A stretch of 64,000 nucleotides of DNA from Ophelia neglecta (lineage: Eukaryota), in NCBI GenBank assembly GCA_965285935.1, contig OZ260665.1, positions 42,098,001 through 42,162,000 of the forward strand, given 5' to 3'. The notes beneath the pieces are model-generated. The model was not told where the DNA came from, did no database searches, and was given only the letters and a program-made list of their open reading frames with translations. The translations under genes were made by a program, and so were the position numbers. Positions 41,801 to 54,400 of the stretch are shown one piece after another. Numbering within the stretch: the stretch's first letter is position 1; each line of letters begins with the position of its first letter.

Positions 41801-42476
41801 TACCACATTCTTAACCATGATGTTCACTTCGTTCTTCAGACTCACCGCTCCTGCCTCCAGCAAGCCAAAACCTGAGAAGAATTCATGCCATCGGAATTAA
41901 CCGAAAAAATAGGAAAGTCCGAAAGCCGAAAACAATTACACGTACATGTAAGCCTACCCACGGGAGTGACATATTTTTTGTACACACAGTGGTTGCGTTG
42001 AGGGTAATATTTTTAACAGCAGAGTAAAACTCTTCGCTTGTAGACAAAATGTCGGCACTTTTTGACCATATATAGGGCATACAGATCAACACCACATTAA
42101 GCTGGATCTCTGCGCAACGTACGCTCAACTCAAAACGAAAATCGTTTTTATGACTTTCACGGCCAGGTAAGCTCATGAACATTAAGAATCATATACATGT
42201 ATATGGTTAGCGAAATACTGAATATATCAAAGGAATAGGCCTATTACTAGCCAATTATTGCCCACTTCTACAAACCATTTTAAGAATTGGCTTGGAGTGT
42301 AATATAGGCCTAGTGCTGGTGCTATTCGGTATTTGGATATCGACACTGACACAGCTGTTGATAGTCCTACCTGACTGCATGGTAAATATGATGAAGCTGG
42401 AGGTGAGAATCCAGGTAGCGTCGTCCCAGGTCACCCCCACGCCTTCCTCCTCCGGGAGCGCCGTGGTGTTATTCAT
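35804..42476 (-). CDS. amt: Ammonium transporter (Amt/MEP family), 529 aa, 10 coding exons
   Basis: Exons 42476-42371, 41871-41642, 40683-40509, 40170-40023, 39031-38960, 38587-38528, 38254-38178, 37563-37415, 36889-36722 and 36208-35804, with consistent phases. Motifs MQSGFGLLEAG, FQLSF, SGAMAER, HWVWG, DIAGSGAVH, WWGWLAFNSGS, DDPVGAVAVHG and EEKFGADFCEH; twin-His and Phe gate are intact. Confidence 0.95.
40945..41178 (+). mobile_element. Probable SINE/LINE-derived 3' end with (CAA)n tail in an amt intron
   Basis: GATATGACCG...GTTGAAAACCACGTAAAACCCC is followed by (CAA)n at ~41160-41178. A similar tail lies in reverse orientation near 44515-44560. The 5' boundary is uncertain. Confidence 0.4.
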
Positions 42477-42958
42477 CTCTCAACCACTCCAGCTAGTCTC
42501 CCAGAATCTTACTAGATAATGAAGGCAAAGAAAACACATTCCATGAATTCATGGTATAGATTTACGTAAGAAATTATACATTGGGTTTTTTTGTTTACAA
42601 TGAGCTGCCACTGTTGACAATAGGGCTGCTAATAAAAAAGTATGTCTAGATTTCCAATTGTGTATACCATACACAAAACATCTTATGTTATCCTTTTCTC
42701 CTATAGAGCCGCATTTCTTTTTAACAAAAAATAACTATTCAAACGATTAAAATAGGCACAGAACATTTTTTTAAACATGCGCTTAATCGTTTCTCTATTT
42801 CAATATTTAACCAATTATCGGAATGTTTCACAATAATAATTAATTTGGCATAAGAAGTGTCGTTAGCCGGTCAATAAGTACTAATATCTTTTAATGTTTG
42901 TACTTACCTCTTAGCTGTAGTAAATTCGATTCTTCTCGAAATATGTTTAAATTTATTT

Positions 42959-42960
<2 letters not shown>

Positions 42961-43021
<61 letters not shown>

Positions 43022-43047
43022 TCTCTCTCTCTCTCTGTCTCTCTCTC
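42961..43047. repeat. (CT)n microsatellite upstream of the amt coding region
   Basis: About 40 CT units. A donor-like site (AG|GTAAGT on the minus strand, ~42908) nearby suggests a non-coding first exon. Confidence 0.95.
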
Positions 43048-44949
43048 GCTTTCTCAATGTTTGACTAACTAATTTTTCGCTTGGTTGTGTATTTTCTGCT
43101 GGAGAGGTTTATTTCCAGTTTTGCGTCCTGGTTTAAGAATGTCGTAGTAAGTTAAGGATTTAGCGCGGTTTCTACACCAATGTGTGCGCAACCTACATCG
43201 AGAGACTGGCAATGGCCATGTCACAAATCACTGATACTTGTCTTTTAATAATTTAATACAATCTTGAAAGCAAGAAAATTTCAAAACCGATCGATATATT
43301 CATCGGAGTTTATTGTTTTCTGGTTCCCAGGCCGCACACTGGTGAATCGGAGACTTTAAGTGGTCCCCACGGTCACAGGTGTTAAATCACAGCCCCCTCC
43401 CTCCTCCTCTCGCGGGAGAGATCACGGACGTCCCACAAGATGCCAGACTTGTCCAACTCAATACCTGCTAAATTAGCCCAGAGCTTTAGATCACTTCAAC
43501 TGAATAAGCGCTTAATGATGTGGATTGATGTTATGATGTTAGTGGTAGTAGTGGCGAGTATAATCGAAAATCGGACAGTAACTTGTCGTCGCAAGCGGTT
43601 AAATTAATGAAAAAACCAACAATCAATTTGTCTTAATCGACATCTGGGTTTATAAATAGTACGCCATTTATAATAGGTCGTTAGTTAAGCTTCCAAGTTT
43701 AATATTGTTGTTGTATAATAAAAGATTCTTTGTATGAAAATATAAATTTCTTAATACTATTTACATAGCAAAATGAAATCCTTATCAATTCTACTTATCT
43801 ATCAACTACAAGTACTATCGTTTAGTTAGGTAACATTACATCCAATGATGTAATAAATACCTGCATATTCCTAGATGTGCTTATCGACTGTATGCGAGGA
43901 CCGATCCGTTGTGTACAACCGATGATCGATTATAAAGTTGGCACGTTCTGAATATTATAAATACAGTAATTTAATACTTGTGATGTTGTTAAGTTGGTAT
44001 ACATCTATCATCAAAGAAATGCCAAAATGAAAAGAATGGTAATTTTGGACGAAATGGAGTTTTCTTTGAATGAACCTAGACCTTAATTTCACAGATTTAA
44101 ATTTCGTGCATCACAGAAACTCTCTATGTATATTTCTGGAGTAGCTGGGTTCCCATTATACACTCTGTTGCTTAACTCTCAATGCAGTTGGATGGAGCAA
44201 GACAGTTTGGAGGTAATGAAGAGCTTTTACTCAACTTGAAAAATAATAACATATTCTACTCTTCCTGATGCAAGGAATGCAGCATTAAGAATATAACCAG
44301 ATGACTAGTTCATCCAAAAATGGGGCACACTAAATGGCATTACAATTAACACTGAATAACTTTACCTTTATATCTTTGTAAAAATTATTTAAATATGAGT
44401 ATGCAGTAAGAAAACAGGCTCGAGACATTCTCTTCGCGTTTCGACACATCCATTTTTATAATAAGAGTATGCTCAGCGTAAATTTCCGACTTGAGTATGA
44501 AGTGCATCAAAAGATTTGTTTTTTGGGGGTTTAACGACACTTAAGCACAATGTGGGTCATTTACTGTCTTTAAGTTAGATATACTGAATGTTAGTATCAG
44601 AACTGTGCTTCCGTTGTCACGAAGAAATGGTATCAGTTATAGTACTGACCTTTATTGTGTAAAAACATTTGTATGGATCAGAGACCTTTGTTCCGATACA
44701 ATTCGTTGGTAAAGGTTCATAAAAAGTTAGTTGGTCAGTAAATAGGTAAAACAGGTTTTTTTAAACCATCAACTTTTAATAATCGCTATCACCGCGAGAT
44801 CTAGTACATTTTGAGATAGAGATATATAGCTCTTGAGTATTGAACGATCTGTTGTGGACACTCCCTTTCAAACAGAGTTTTTAAGTTATCAACATTATAA
44901 TAACGGTTTTAGGTTTCCATGAAATCGTTGTACTTCAACAGAATATTTT

Positions 44950-46046
44950 GGATGGTGATGAGGCGCTGACAGCCGTTACAAAATCCCAGGAGATAAGAGT
45001 CTGTTTTACTTGGCAATTGGTGCATTTAGGTTTTTGGAGTTGTCGCATACGTGTCTCTCAGGGTAGCACTTGGTGCACACCTCCTGTTTATTGGCAGGAG
45101 TCTCTGGCATGTCCGTATTGTTGGCACTTTGGGTTTAAAACACAGGGATTAACCCTGATGTTCAAAAGCCAGCTTTCGGTGTAGGAGGTAAATTTTGGGA
45201 GTTAAAAGTCAGAAAGTATATCCCAGTTTTCACTTCAGCTTCAGGCGTCTTTCAGATGCAGCACCTGTCCTGAGTTGCTTCCTGGTTCTTGACTTCTACT
45301 AAACCCCGGAACCCCTACCAAAGACCTCATTCCAAGCAAATTATCATGGTGTCATTTCCTGCAGACTTCAATGAAAAAGATTCAAGTTGCCAGTAGTTTG
45401 AATGGTTTGGTGCCTCAGCTACACCTTGAATGCCCTTCCCTTTTGCGAAGGGCGACACAAACTTCAAAGGCTTGCCTGGATTAACTGACAACAGAACGAG
45501 ATACCAAGGCCAAGAGTCAGTGTTATAATATATAGGTTGGGTCTTCTTCAGATGCAGTGTTGTCATGTTTTTTCGTTTATTCGAGGTAGTTGTTTGTCAA
45601 GAAGCCATTCGAATCAGTTTAGGTAATGCATGTGGGTACCACACTTACTTTGAGCACCACATGGTAGCATACTCTGGAGATTACTCCAAGGCAGACAAAT
45701 GTCAGTGATACACATTCATGTTCATTTAGACCAGCATCAACTATGTTCGTAACAGGTCCAAACTAAACCTGGGATCTTTGGTCCAGACTAACCCTAAGTC
45801 CTTTAGGATAAAAGACAAACAGGTTGACCATGTCAGGATAAACACGGCCTTCTGTCTAGGGGGAATTAAGGACCGAAGTGGTGAGTTTCTGCTTAACTCC
45901 ACAGTGGTCATTTGAGCTCAATCACCAGGATCCCTTCTTCCCCCCAACACAGGTCACATCCCATGGCAAACGGGACGCCCCTTTTAGTCGCCTTTTACGA
46001 CACGCAGAGGTACGTCGGGCCTATTCTTTCCCCGAACCCGCAGGGG
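44950..46046 (-). mobile_element. Decayed 5' part (5' UTR + gag-like ORF1) of an I/Nimb-like non-LTR retrotransposon
   Basis: Minus-strand pieces DSWPWYLVLLSVNPGKPLKFVSPFAKGKGIQGVA, TGIYFLTFNSQNLP, NIRVNPCVLNPKCQQYGHARDSC, VCTKC..H and KCTNC match the I-group ORF1 pattern (WPxFLV..LSPF, ILTF..LP, Zn-knuckle series), with stops and frameshifts. No associated ORF2 is seen. Confidence 0.7.
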
Positions 46047-46085
46047 AAGGTCGTCCGTAGGAGACGTTCGATTAGCCACTAAGAA

Positions 46086-49000
46086 TATGTATGTATGTAT
46101 TTTATTAACATCCTCAACTTAATGAGAGCAATCATAGGTACAAAAATCAAACATAATTACAAATTACATGCAACAACATAATACAAAAGTTAATACATAT
46201 AATATAATATCATAGATAGTTATTTCAGCGCCATTACTCCCGATATGCAATATTGAAAATCGCTTTTGCAAACGGACCATATACCTTTGCGAAAAGTTTA
46301 ATGACATGTTCAGCAACGTCGAGGTCATCACTGTCCAGAACAGTATTCAAGCAGTATTTAACAAAAGATTTTGCATCGCAGATGTTAAGGTATACATACT
46401 CGGAGACTGGTACAAAATCTATAACGAGTGTGTCAAAACAGTCTCTAACATCGAGTAGCAAATGGCAACCACTTTCATGACACAAATGTTCAATGGGGCT
46501 GGTGACTGGAGTTTCACATAATTTACAGTGGATATCATAATTATATACATCATTTTGAATACTAAACAGGTACATTATATTCGTCATATTGTTGTTAGCC
46601 CGAATATGTGTTTTTGCAAACATGTATAGCCTCGATGGTTCCAGCTTCGTTTGAACCAAGTTAAACTCGTCGCAGCCACTTTTGATTGCCATCTCATGTT
46701 CCCATTGCTTATTTTCGCGTTCATAAATAGCCCCCCGTACAATTAACCTCCAAGACAATTTACCAGGGAAGTGCCCGTCAGTTACATACTGAGTAAGGTA
46801 TCGATGGAGCCCATACTTAAGGCATATCCGGTTCAAATCAGATACAAACCCAGATGTCGGGGTGATACCTGATTCCCAACTAGATAGGCGACTCTTAAAA
46901 ATAAGTTTAGACAGGTGACTTTCCGAGAGATCTGACAATTTTTGTAAGAACATGAGTTTCTTAGCGTCAACGACCGACTCAATTGAACCCCATCCCAAGG
47001 CACCCAGAGAGACAGCGTTGTGGGTTCTCCGTGGAAAGCCCTGGATAGATCTTGCTACATATCTCAAGGTTCTCTCCAGGAGACTCAGTTCCGCACTTGT
47101 CAAAGTGTTCCACATCTCACAACCATGCAACATCGAGGGGAGACAAATTCTTTCCCATAGCCGTGAGGAGGTCAAAGGATTAAGGCCACTGGGTCTTACC
47201 CCAATTCCAACCATAGAGGCTAGTTGTTGTCGACCTTTACGACAGGCTGCCTGCGTTCTTAACATGGAGGACAAATCAGCAGATAACAAAATGCCAACGT
47301 GGGTTTCGCTGAATACCTCCTCCAACGGTCTCCCGCCTAGATTCCACTGGCGGTTTACTTTGTTCTTGGCATGCTGACGCCTATTCTCACCAAAAGTAAT
47401 AATTTTGCTTTTTTGGAAGAAGAATGTGAAGCGCCACTTCCTGGCGTATTCGTAGGCTGCGTGTAGCATACGCTGAAGACCGTTGCAAGTGGCAGAGAGC
47501 AAAGCCGTATCGTCAGCCAAGGTAGGACTACCTACATCAACCCCCTCAACACTAATACCATCTCTTGTTAGCGAAATACATTCGTGTATATCATGATATG
47601 CTACTGAGTGATAAAACGATGACAAAATCCCCCCTTGCTTAATACTCCTAGTAATAGGTACATCACTAGATCTTAATCCGTTCACCATAACGCTCACTGT
47701 TGAGCCGGAAAACCAATTGTTTATCAAATGCCAGAGTCTCCCTTTGATACCTATATTATACAATTTAAACATCAGACCATTCCACCATACTTTGTAAAAA
47801 GCCTTCTCGGCATCAAAAAATGCGGAGAAAACTTTACTGCGCCTGTCTGTATAATGCCTCTTGTACGGTAAACGAAAGCATTACATTGTTAGACTGCTTC
47901 TTACTATGTTGAAGCCTATTAGGGAAACACTCCAACCACGATTGTAATCTCACAGCTAGGATCTTTTCCAACAATTTACTCAAGACAGGCATCAGTGTCC
48001 CCCCCGATAAGAGTTAATGTCGCTTTTGGGTTTTCTCTTCCCCTTGTACACTGACACAATGACACCCTTTTTGAAAGAGCTGGGGATGAAAATATTACCA
48101 ACTATATCATTGTAAAGCTGAGCGAGGATAACATATAATTGATTACCCCCATACCGCAGTGCCTCATAAGTTATGCCATCGAATCCCGGGGCTTTTCTCG
48201 GAGGGAGAGTTTTAGCAATATGTTCAACCTCCTGCCCTGAAAAGTCAGAGTGGAGAATTCCTGTGTCGTCCCCCAGTTCATTAAGGGCCTCTATTTCGGA
48301 AACCTTATTTTGAATGTCAGCAGAGAACAAGTTATCCCATTCTCTACTCTCATAAGGTTGCTCATTCAAGAGTACTCTATAATGTTCGCTCCACATGGAG
48401 AGGAGTTCAGAAGGCGATGTGTATGTCACGTCATTTTGTTTAATGCTATGGAAGGCTTCTTCACTCGCCCTCTTTCTCCTTACATACCGCCAGAATGCTG
48501 TAATGTCAAAATCGCTGTTATAATCTAATTTACTCATTCTTTCATCATTTTCGGCTTTGATTTTGCAGTACTGGAGTACGCGAAACCTAGATTTAGCGGT
48601 CTTATATTCCTTAAAAGGTACATGTTCTGAGCCTCGTGGAGCCCCCTCCCTCTTCCACTTCAGGCGTTTGAGTTTCTGTTCAGTATGGGACTCGTTTAGC
48701 TCGTCATCCCAATATGACTTTTGGAAGTGACTTTTCGGTACGCAGGCCGCAACTGACTAGGCTCTCTACTATAGATTGTGTCAAGGATTCAATTCTCAAT
48801 CGGTAGTCGATATGTTGGTCCACCGAAATTGACTTTAAATTCTCAGCCAAGGTAGACTGATACGAATCTTTATCAACTTTATTCCACTTGTAGGTTGGTT
48901 TACAGAAAATATTGAATCGGGGAGGACAGAAATCATATGACAAAGTAACAGGTAAATGATCGGAGGTGTTAAGAGCACACTCGTCATGGACACGTGCAAG

Positions 49001-49610
49001 GCTAACTTTGTCAAAATTGTCTGACTGCACCAAAATATGGTCGATTTGTCAACCATTGCTACCCTGCCTAGGTAAGAAAGTGTACACAGGGCCATCACAG
49101 ACGTCCGAGCAGGTGAGTGACCTCGTATTAAATCGAGTGCAGACTTCAAGTAACATGACGCCCCGTCTCGTTGGTGGATTCATACCCCGTGAGCCTGCCT
49201 CCCTACCCATTTGGCCATTGAGGTCTCCGGCAATAATCACCTGACCTAAAGCCCCATAGTAAGCACAATAATCTGCCAATAAAGAGAGGTTCTCTTCATA
49301 CACATCATCAGAGAGCTTTGTACTCGGTAGATAAGAATTTAGGAGGTATAAATCCATGCCACTAGCCGGATGCGATAGTTTGATCCCCAATAACCTATCA
49401 CTACCCACATCTGACAACTTTGACACAAAATAATCCAGATTTTTTCGCCATAGAATGGCAATACCACCACATTTACCGTGTTTCAATTCAGCAGCCCTTT
49501 TGTCGGACCTGGCGAAACAATGAAAGCTATAATCAAGGGATGATACAAAGTCAAGACAATCTGGTTTAAGGTGATGTTCCTGAATACAAAGAATATAAGG
49601 GTTGCACAGG
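46086..49610 (-). mobile_element. 5'-truncated, frameshifted LINE ORF2 (APE endonuclease + reverse transcriptase + C-terminal CCHC) with AATAAA-(TACA)n tail
   Basis: Motifs ILCIQEH (~49580), GGIAILW, YLP, IIAGDLNG, IDHILV, SDHLPV, KAPGFDGI, FFDAEKAF, IKQGGILS, LADD, HVGI and CKLC..EHLC. The frame is broken near 49040, 48750, 48000 and 47860. The 3' tail lies at 46086-46106. Confidence 0.93.
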
Positions 49611-51417
49611 ATCCACCCTTTTTATGTGGCTCTAGGAGGAAGACCTTTAAATGAAACAATCATAATCTAGTTTTGATCAAACAAGGCTTTGTACAGATGT
49701 AACAAAACCTTTCGATCAGCACCCCAGTCCATGCTAGAGGAGACACGAAGAAGGATCAAGCCTTGAAGGAAGGCATCTAGGTCTCAGGTATTTGATATGT
49801 GGGAGACATTTTTTTTCGGAGAGCAGTCCTATACACATGTGGAAGTTTCACAGCAGGAATTGGAGATCCGTTGAGGGTTATCTCAAGATCTAGATGAAGT
49901 TTGTTTTTAGATATTTATTAAGCTTCCTCTTCCTGCAATTTTAAGTGGACACAGACTGTGTTCTAGGGGGAAAACTTGAAACCATTGTCATGCAACCTTC
50001 AATGTCATATCACTGTTTAGGACAGGGGTGTAGTTGTTATTCTTTTGTTTGCATGCTCTAAGATCTGTAGTCTGTTTTAAAGTCATCCCCATATAACGTT
50101 AATTGGTGGTAAAATATTTCTTTTCACACATTTAATTATGCTATAAATTTTAATGGTGAACATGATGACAGACAATATATGACTCCCCACGGGACGTCGT
50201 CTTCCTGCTCAAGGCGCAAGATAGAGTTACGCCTATCCTGAAGATCAGTCGTCTACAAAAAATTTATAGCATTTGGGAGAAGGCCGCGGACTCCGAAATA
50301 ATGGAGATCTATATCCATGTGGTGTCATAAGCCTTCTCCCAATTAATGACAATGGCAACCCCATACAAAGACTTGTTACATGGAGGTTTCAAACCCAGCT
50401 AGGTGATCTATTGTGCTCCTGCCCTCCCTGAAGCCACATTGGTACAAAGTTGACAGTTTGTTGGTTTCGAGGAACAAGACATGTCTGTTGTTAACGATCA
50501 ATACTATACTAAGCATAACAGCTGCTGAGGGCTATTTTTTTTAAACACCATGTGGAAAAAGTCCGACCCCTGGCACACACAATGAACGGTTGCTATAAAT
50601 AGTCTTCCCAGAAATACGTTTAATTCTTCATACAAAAATATGTAACCAATTGTAATATCAAAGTTTATCATGTCTAGGTTTGAAATTATTATTCCTAGAA
50701 ATGCCTGTACCTTTCATGTAAAAACCTTTAACCGGTTTCTCTGAACCTCCGATGGATTTATTTCAGGTGAAAAATCATGTTGAGTTTCCATCTGAAAAGG
50801 TTTGGAATTGATCTTCTTCAAATCAATGGATGCAAACCCATAACTTTAACCGAAAGCAGAACGGAAGGATGGACAGACCGGCCATTCTCATATCTCCTGT
50901 CAGGCTCTCTGAAGCCCGCGGGGGATGATAACACTTTTTCGCTTTCGATATGCTATAAAGCGCGGCTTGTTTTGCGCTTTTTAACCAGAATGTCGCATCT
51001 GTTTCAAATCTAGTCCTAAGCCATCCGACTATAATACCCAGGCTACTTATTCTACTCGAGGTACTTATTCTAAAGATATTTCTGATAAATGACTTTTTGT
51101 TTCAAACAAAGGAAATTTATTGACATACATATAGGCCTATTGGTGTGTACAGTCAAGCATGATGTAGACTTATCGACTACTAACATAAATAGAGACCTTT
51201 CTCAAAATAAGTTGAGAAAACTTTTTTAATAGAACATGGCTTTCAACCAATTTAAAAATCAATAATCAAAGTTTGTAGTTCAGGTACATATAGGAGTTTT
51301 AACCTCACTATGAAGTTTCTTTTTTATTTCTGAAGACAATACTTAAATCCAAGTCATATTAAATAATGTGTGTACAAGACAAAAATGATTTTATTGTTTT
51401 CTTCCTCAATAAATAGT

Positions 51418-54400
51418 TTATTTGGAAATCTGTATCACCTTCAGGGTACGATTGAGCTGGAATGGAAAAAGAAAATAATTGATCTCACATGTAGAGTAGA
51501 CTGAAATTGCAATTGCTAAATGATTAATAATAGCACCAGAAAAATTAACTTTTGACATACCATCAATGTAGGTCTTTTATACAAATTTGTTATTCACATG
51601 GTTATTTCAATTTGGATAATTACTTAACTGATATCTTATAGATAGTTACCTCTTCAAATTTATGAATTTGTCTGATAAAGAAATCTCCATATCTGCGTGC
51701 CACCTTAGTATCAGCAATGTGGATCATGTCCTAAGTAACAGATAATATTAATATTAGAATCATAACATATGAAAGTAAGTCAAGTGGCTCTCGTACTTTT
51801 CCACATGATTAAACTACCTTTTTTCAACTACATTTTCTCATGTTAAAAATCAGATAAATGTATTTGACTTTTAACTAAAAGAAAATCCCATTCGTCATTG
51901 CCCCCCTCCCCCGAGAGACCCATGCCAACTAAGTTATGTGATGAATAAAATTTCCAAATGCATGTACATAAAATAGTAGTAAACATCAGATGTACATATA
52001 CAAGGGCTAAAATCTGCTATAAAAACCCTGCTGAAAGAAAGGGAAATTAACAAGTACAGTCGGTATCAAGTACTGGTACAGTAATATAGATACCAGTTGT
52101 GCTTGTAGGACAGGACAGGTCATGACCAAATGGATAAAGGAATACCATTTTTTCTATATTAAACAGGTACATGATATATACAAGGAAGGTCCTTACCTTA
52201 TCAATATAGAAGTCCACTTCGGACGCTGACTGGAATTCTCCTTCTAGACCGCTTGTCCCCTTAATCCATACAATATTCTTCATTTTGTGCTTGAAGCACA
52301 TGAGATGGGTCCTGAGCTCCTCCTCGGTCACATCCATGAAGGTGGCCAGCTTAGATATTGGCAGGGTAGTGTACAGCTTCAAGTAACTGGAAATCAATGA
52401 CAGGACTAGTGTAACAGGACTCGTTTAACAGGACTGTGTAACAGGACTAGTGTAACAGGACTAGTGTAAAGGAACAAGCCTACAGATAATCTGACATCAC
52501 AATCAGACATAGGCAGTGCTGACCCAGCCAGATATACCACAACCAACATTTACTAATTTTGATCAGTAAGCATGCAGGTACATGCCAGATGCATACCAGA
52601 TATTATATCATAATTCACTCACCTCCTGATGGTAGGTAGAATATTCTGTTGGTTGACCTCTTCCATGAATACTTTCAACTGTAACATGTATGGCTCCTAA
52701 AACAGAAACAAGCCTATAAGAAACCTTCTCTCAAAGGGCACCCACAACTTCTGTCAAACTAATATACAGTGGTAATAGATATTCATTGTTGGTCATAAGC
52801 CCTTTTTCCCCAAAGAGATGGATGAGGAATGCACCTTGTGAAAGGTGGTGGTGGTGTCGTAGTTTGGAGATACAGGAGACAGAAATTTAGGACAGGCAAA
52901 CTGATAGCTCTGCTCAAACTCCTGAACATCCCCCTTCCCCATACGCAGCATCCGGTCCGCAAATTTCTCCCTCAGCTGCGAGTGGACGCTCTCGTCTATA
53001 CGCATGGGATGAAGGACCAGAGCCATGGCCAGCAACGTGTACATCTGCTCATTCTGCTTATTAATCTGTCAACAATGAAAATATAACGCATTGTATAAAA
53101 AGGAATGGTAAGTCATTGTTTTTCTTCATTATTTATTGGAACACTCTAATCAACCCAAATGCCATACATAAGAAAGGACTGATTGAAACTTTTAACAGCA
53201 TTAAAATATGTTTGCTCTGTGAATTAAGGCAGCGATAGTTGAGTATGAATTCACAGTATAGCGTCACAGGGTAAGGGGTACTAAGGCACCGTGTATGGTT
53301 AATTACCTTTCATTTTAAATAAAGTCCAGAAGTAGGAAGGCTTGCCTGCCGAAAATTCGACATATATACCATGGTGTTCTGTTTTATTTTAGCATTAAAA
53401 TATAAATAAACAATTTCTCCCCACCTGGTCATACAGGTATGTTCTGTTTTGGAACATCTGTTTTGTTCTCTGGATGTAGAGTAGTATGTTACTGAAGGTA
53501 CGAATGGCATCCTGGTAACGTCTCATCATCAAATAGGCAAATCCTACATAGTAGTACGTGGTAATCTGGCAGGCCGGCACTCGAGAATACATGTTCTGCA
53601 TAACACAAAGATAACAGTTAGACATTAATCAATGCTGCATCCTGGGATAGTGTATAATTATGATACGGTGCAGTGCAAACTTAAAATGTAAACTTAGCTA
53701 GCAATAGCATGGCAGTCCTACGATCAATCCATGAGCTGACTGTATTTGTACATTACCTTCTTGTTGAAGTCGATATTTTCCAGTACTTTGAGAGCCTGGT
53801 AGTAGTCTCCGAGGAGGGAGTGGAGACGCAGCAGTCCCACCAGGCTGAAGTATCCCAACATCTTATACAAGGAGTTGTGGCCAAACTCTCCGGCAACACT
53901 GTCCGGGTCACCTAAAAAAGGTAAGTTTATTTTCAATTTCAAAGTGTTTATAGCAATGATAATAGACACAAGTACATAGTGTATTAAAATTAAATAGAAA
54001 AAGAAGTACATGGCAAAGATGGCAGAACAACAAAACATAGTATATACCTTATCATAAGAGTACAGAATAAACAATACTGGACAGTGCAAATATCAAAATA
54101 AAACATGGAAGCACACAAACATTAAGTATTTAAAAGTGATTAGCGAGAAAAAGATATAATAATGATAATTATGCTCAGGTCAAATTATACGAGTCCACAC
54201 AGATTATAAACAATCTGACAAAGAGTCACCAGATAACGGATAACTTTTTAAATTTAGTTTTAAAGATGATATTTTACTTTGGACCTCAATTTGACATGAT
54301 ACATAATTCCAAATATTCACATCCTGTACTTTAATCGTTTTCTGCATACTCGAGCTTCGACAAAATGGAACATGGAGCTTAGATGACTATCTATAGTCCT

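Noticed and set aside
45978-46046. Assignment of the LINE 5' structure to the HDV-like, twister or pistol ribozyme classes
   Set aside because: The required nested double pseudoknot or conserved catalytic cores could not be matched, so it is kept only as an unclassified structure.
50170-50330. Short open frame TIYDSPRDVVFLLKAQDRVTPILKISRLQKIYSIWEK after an AG
   Set aside because: No partner exons or recognisable family could be established.
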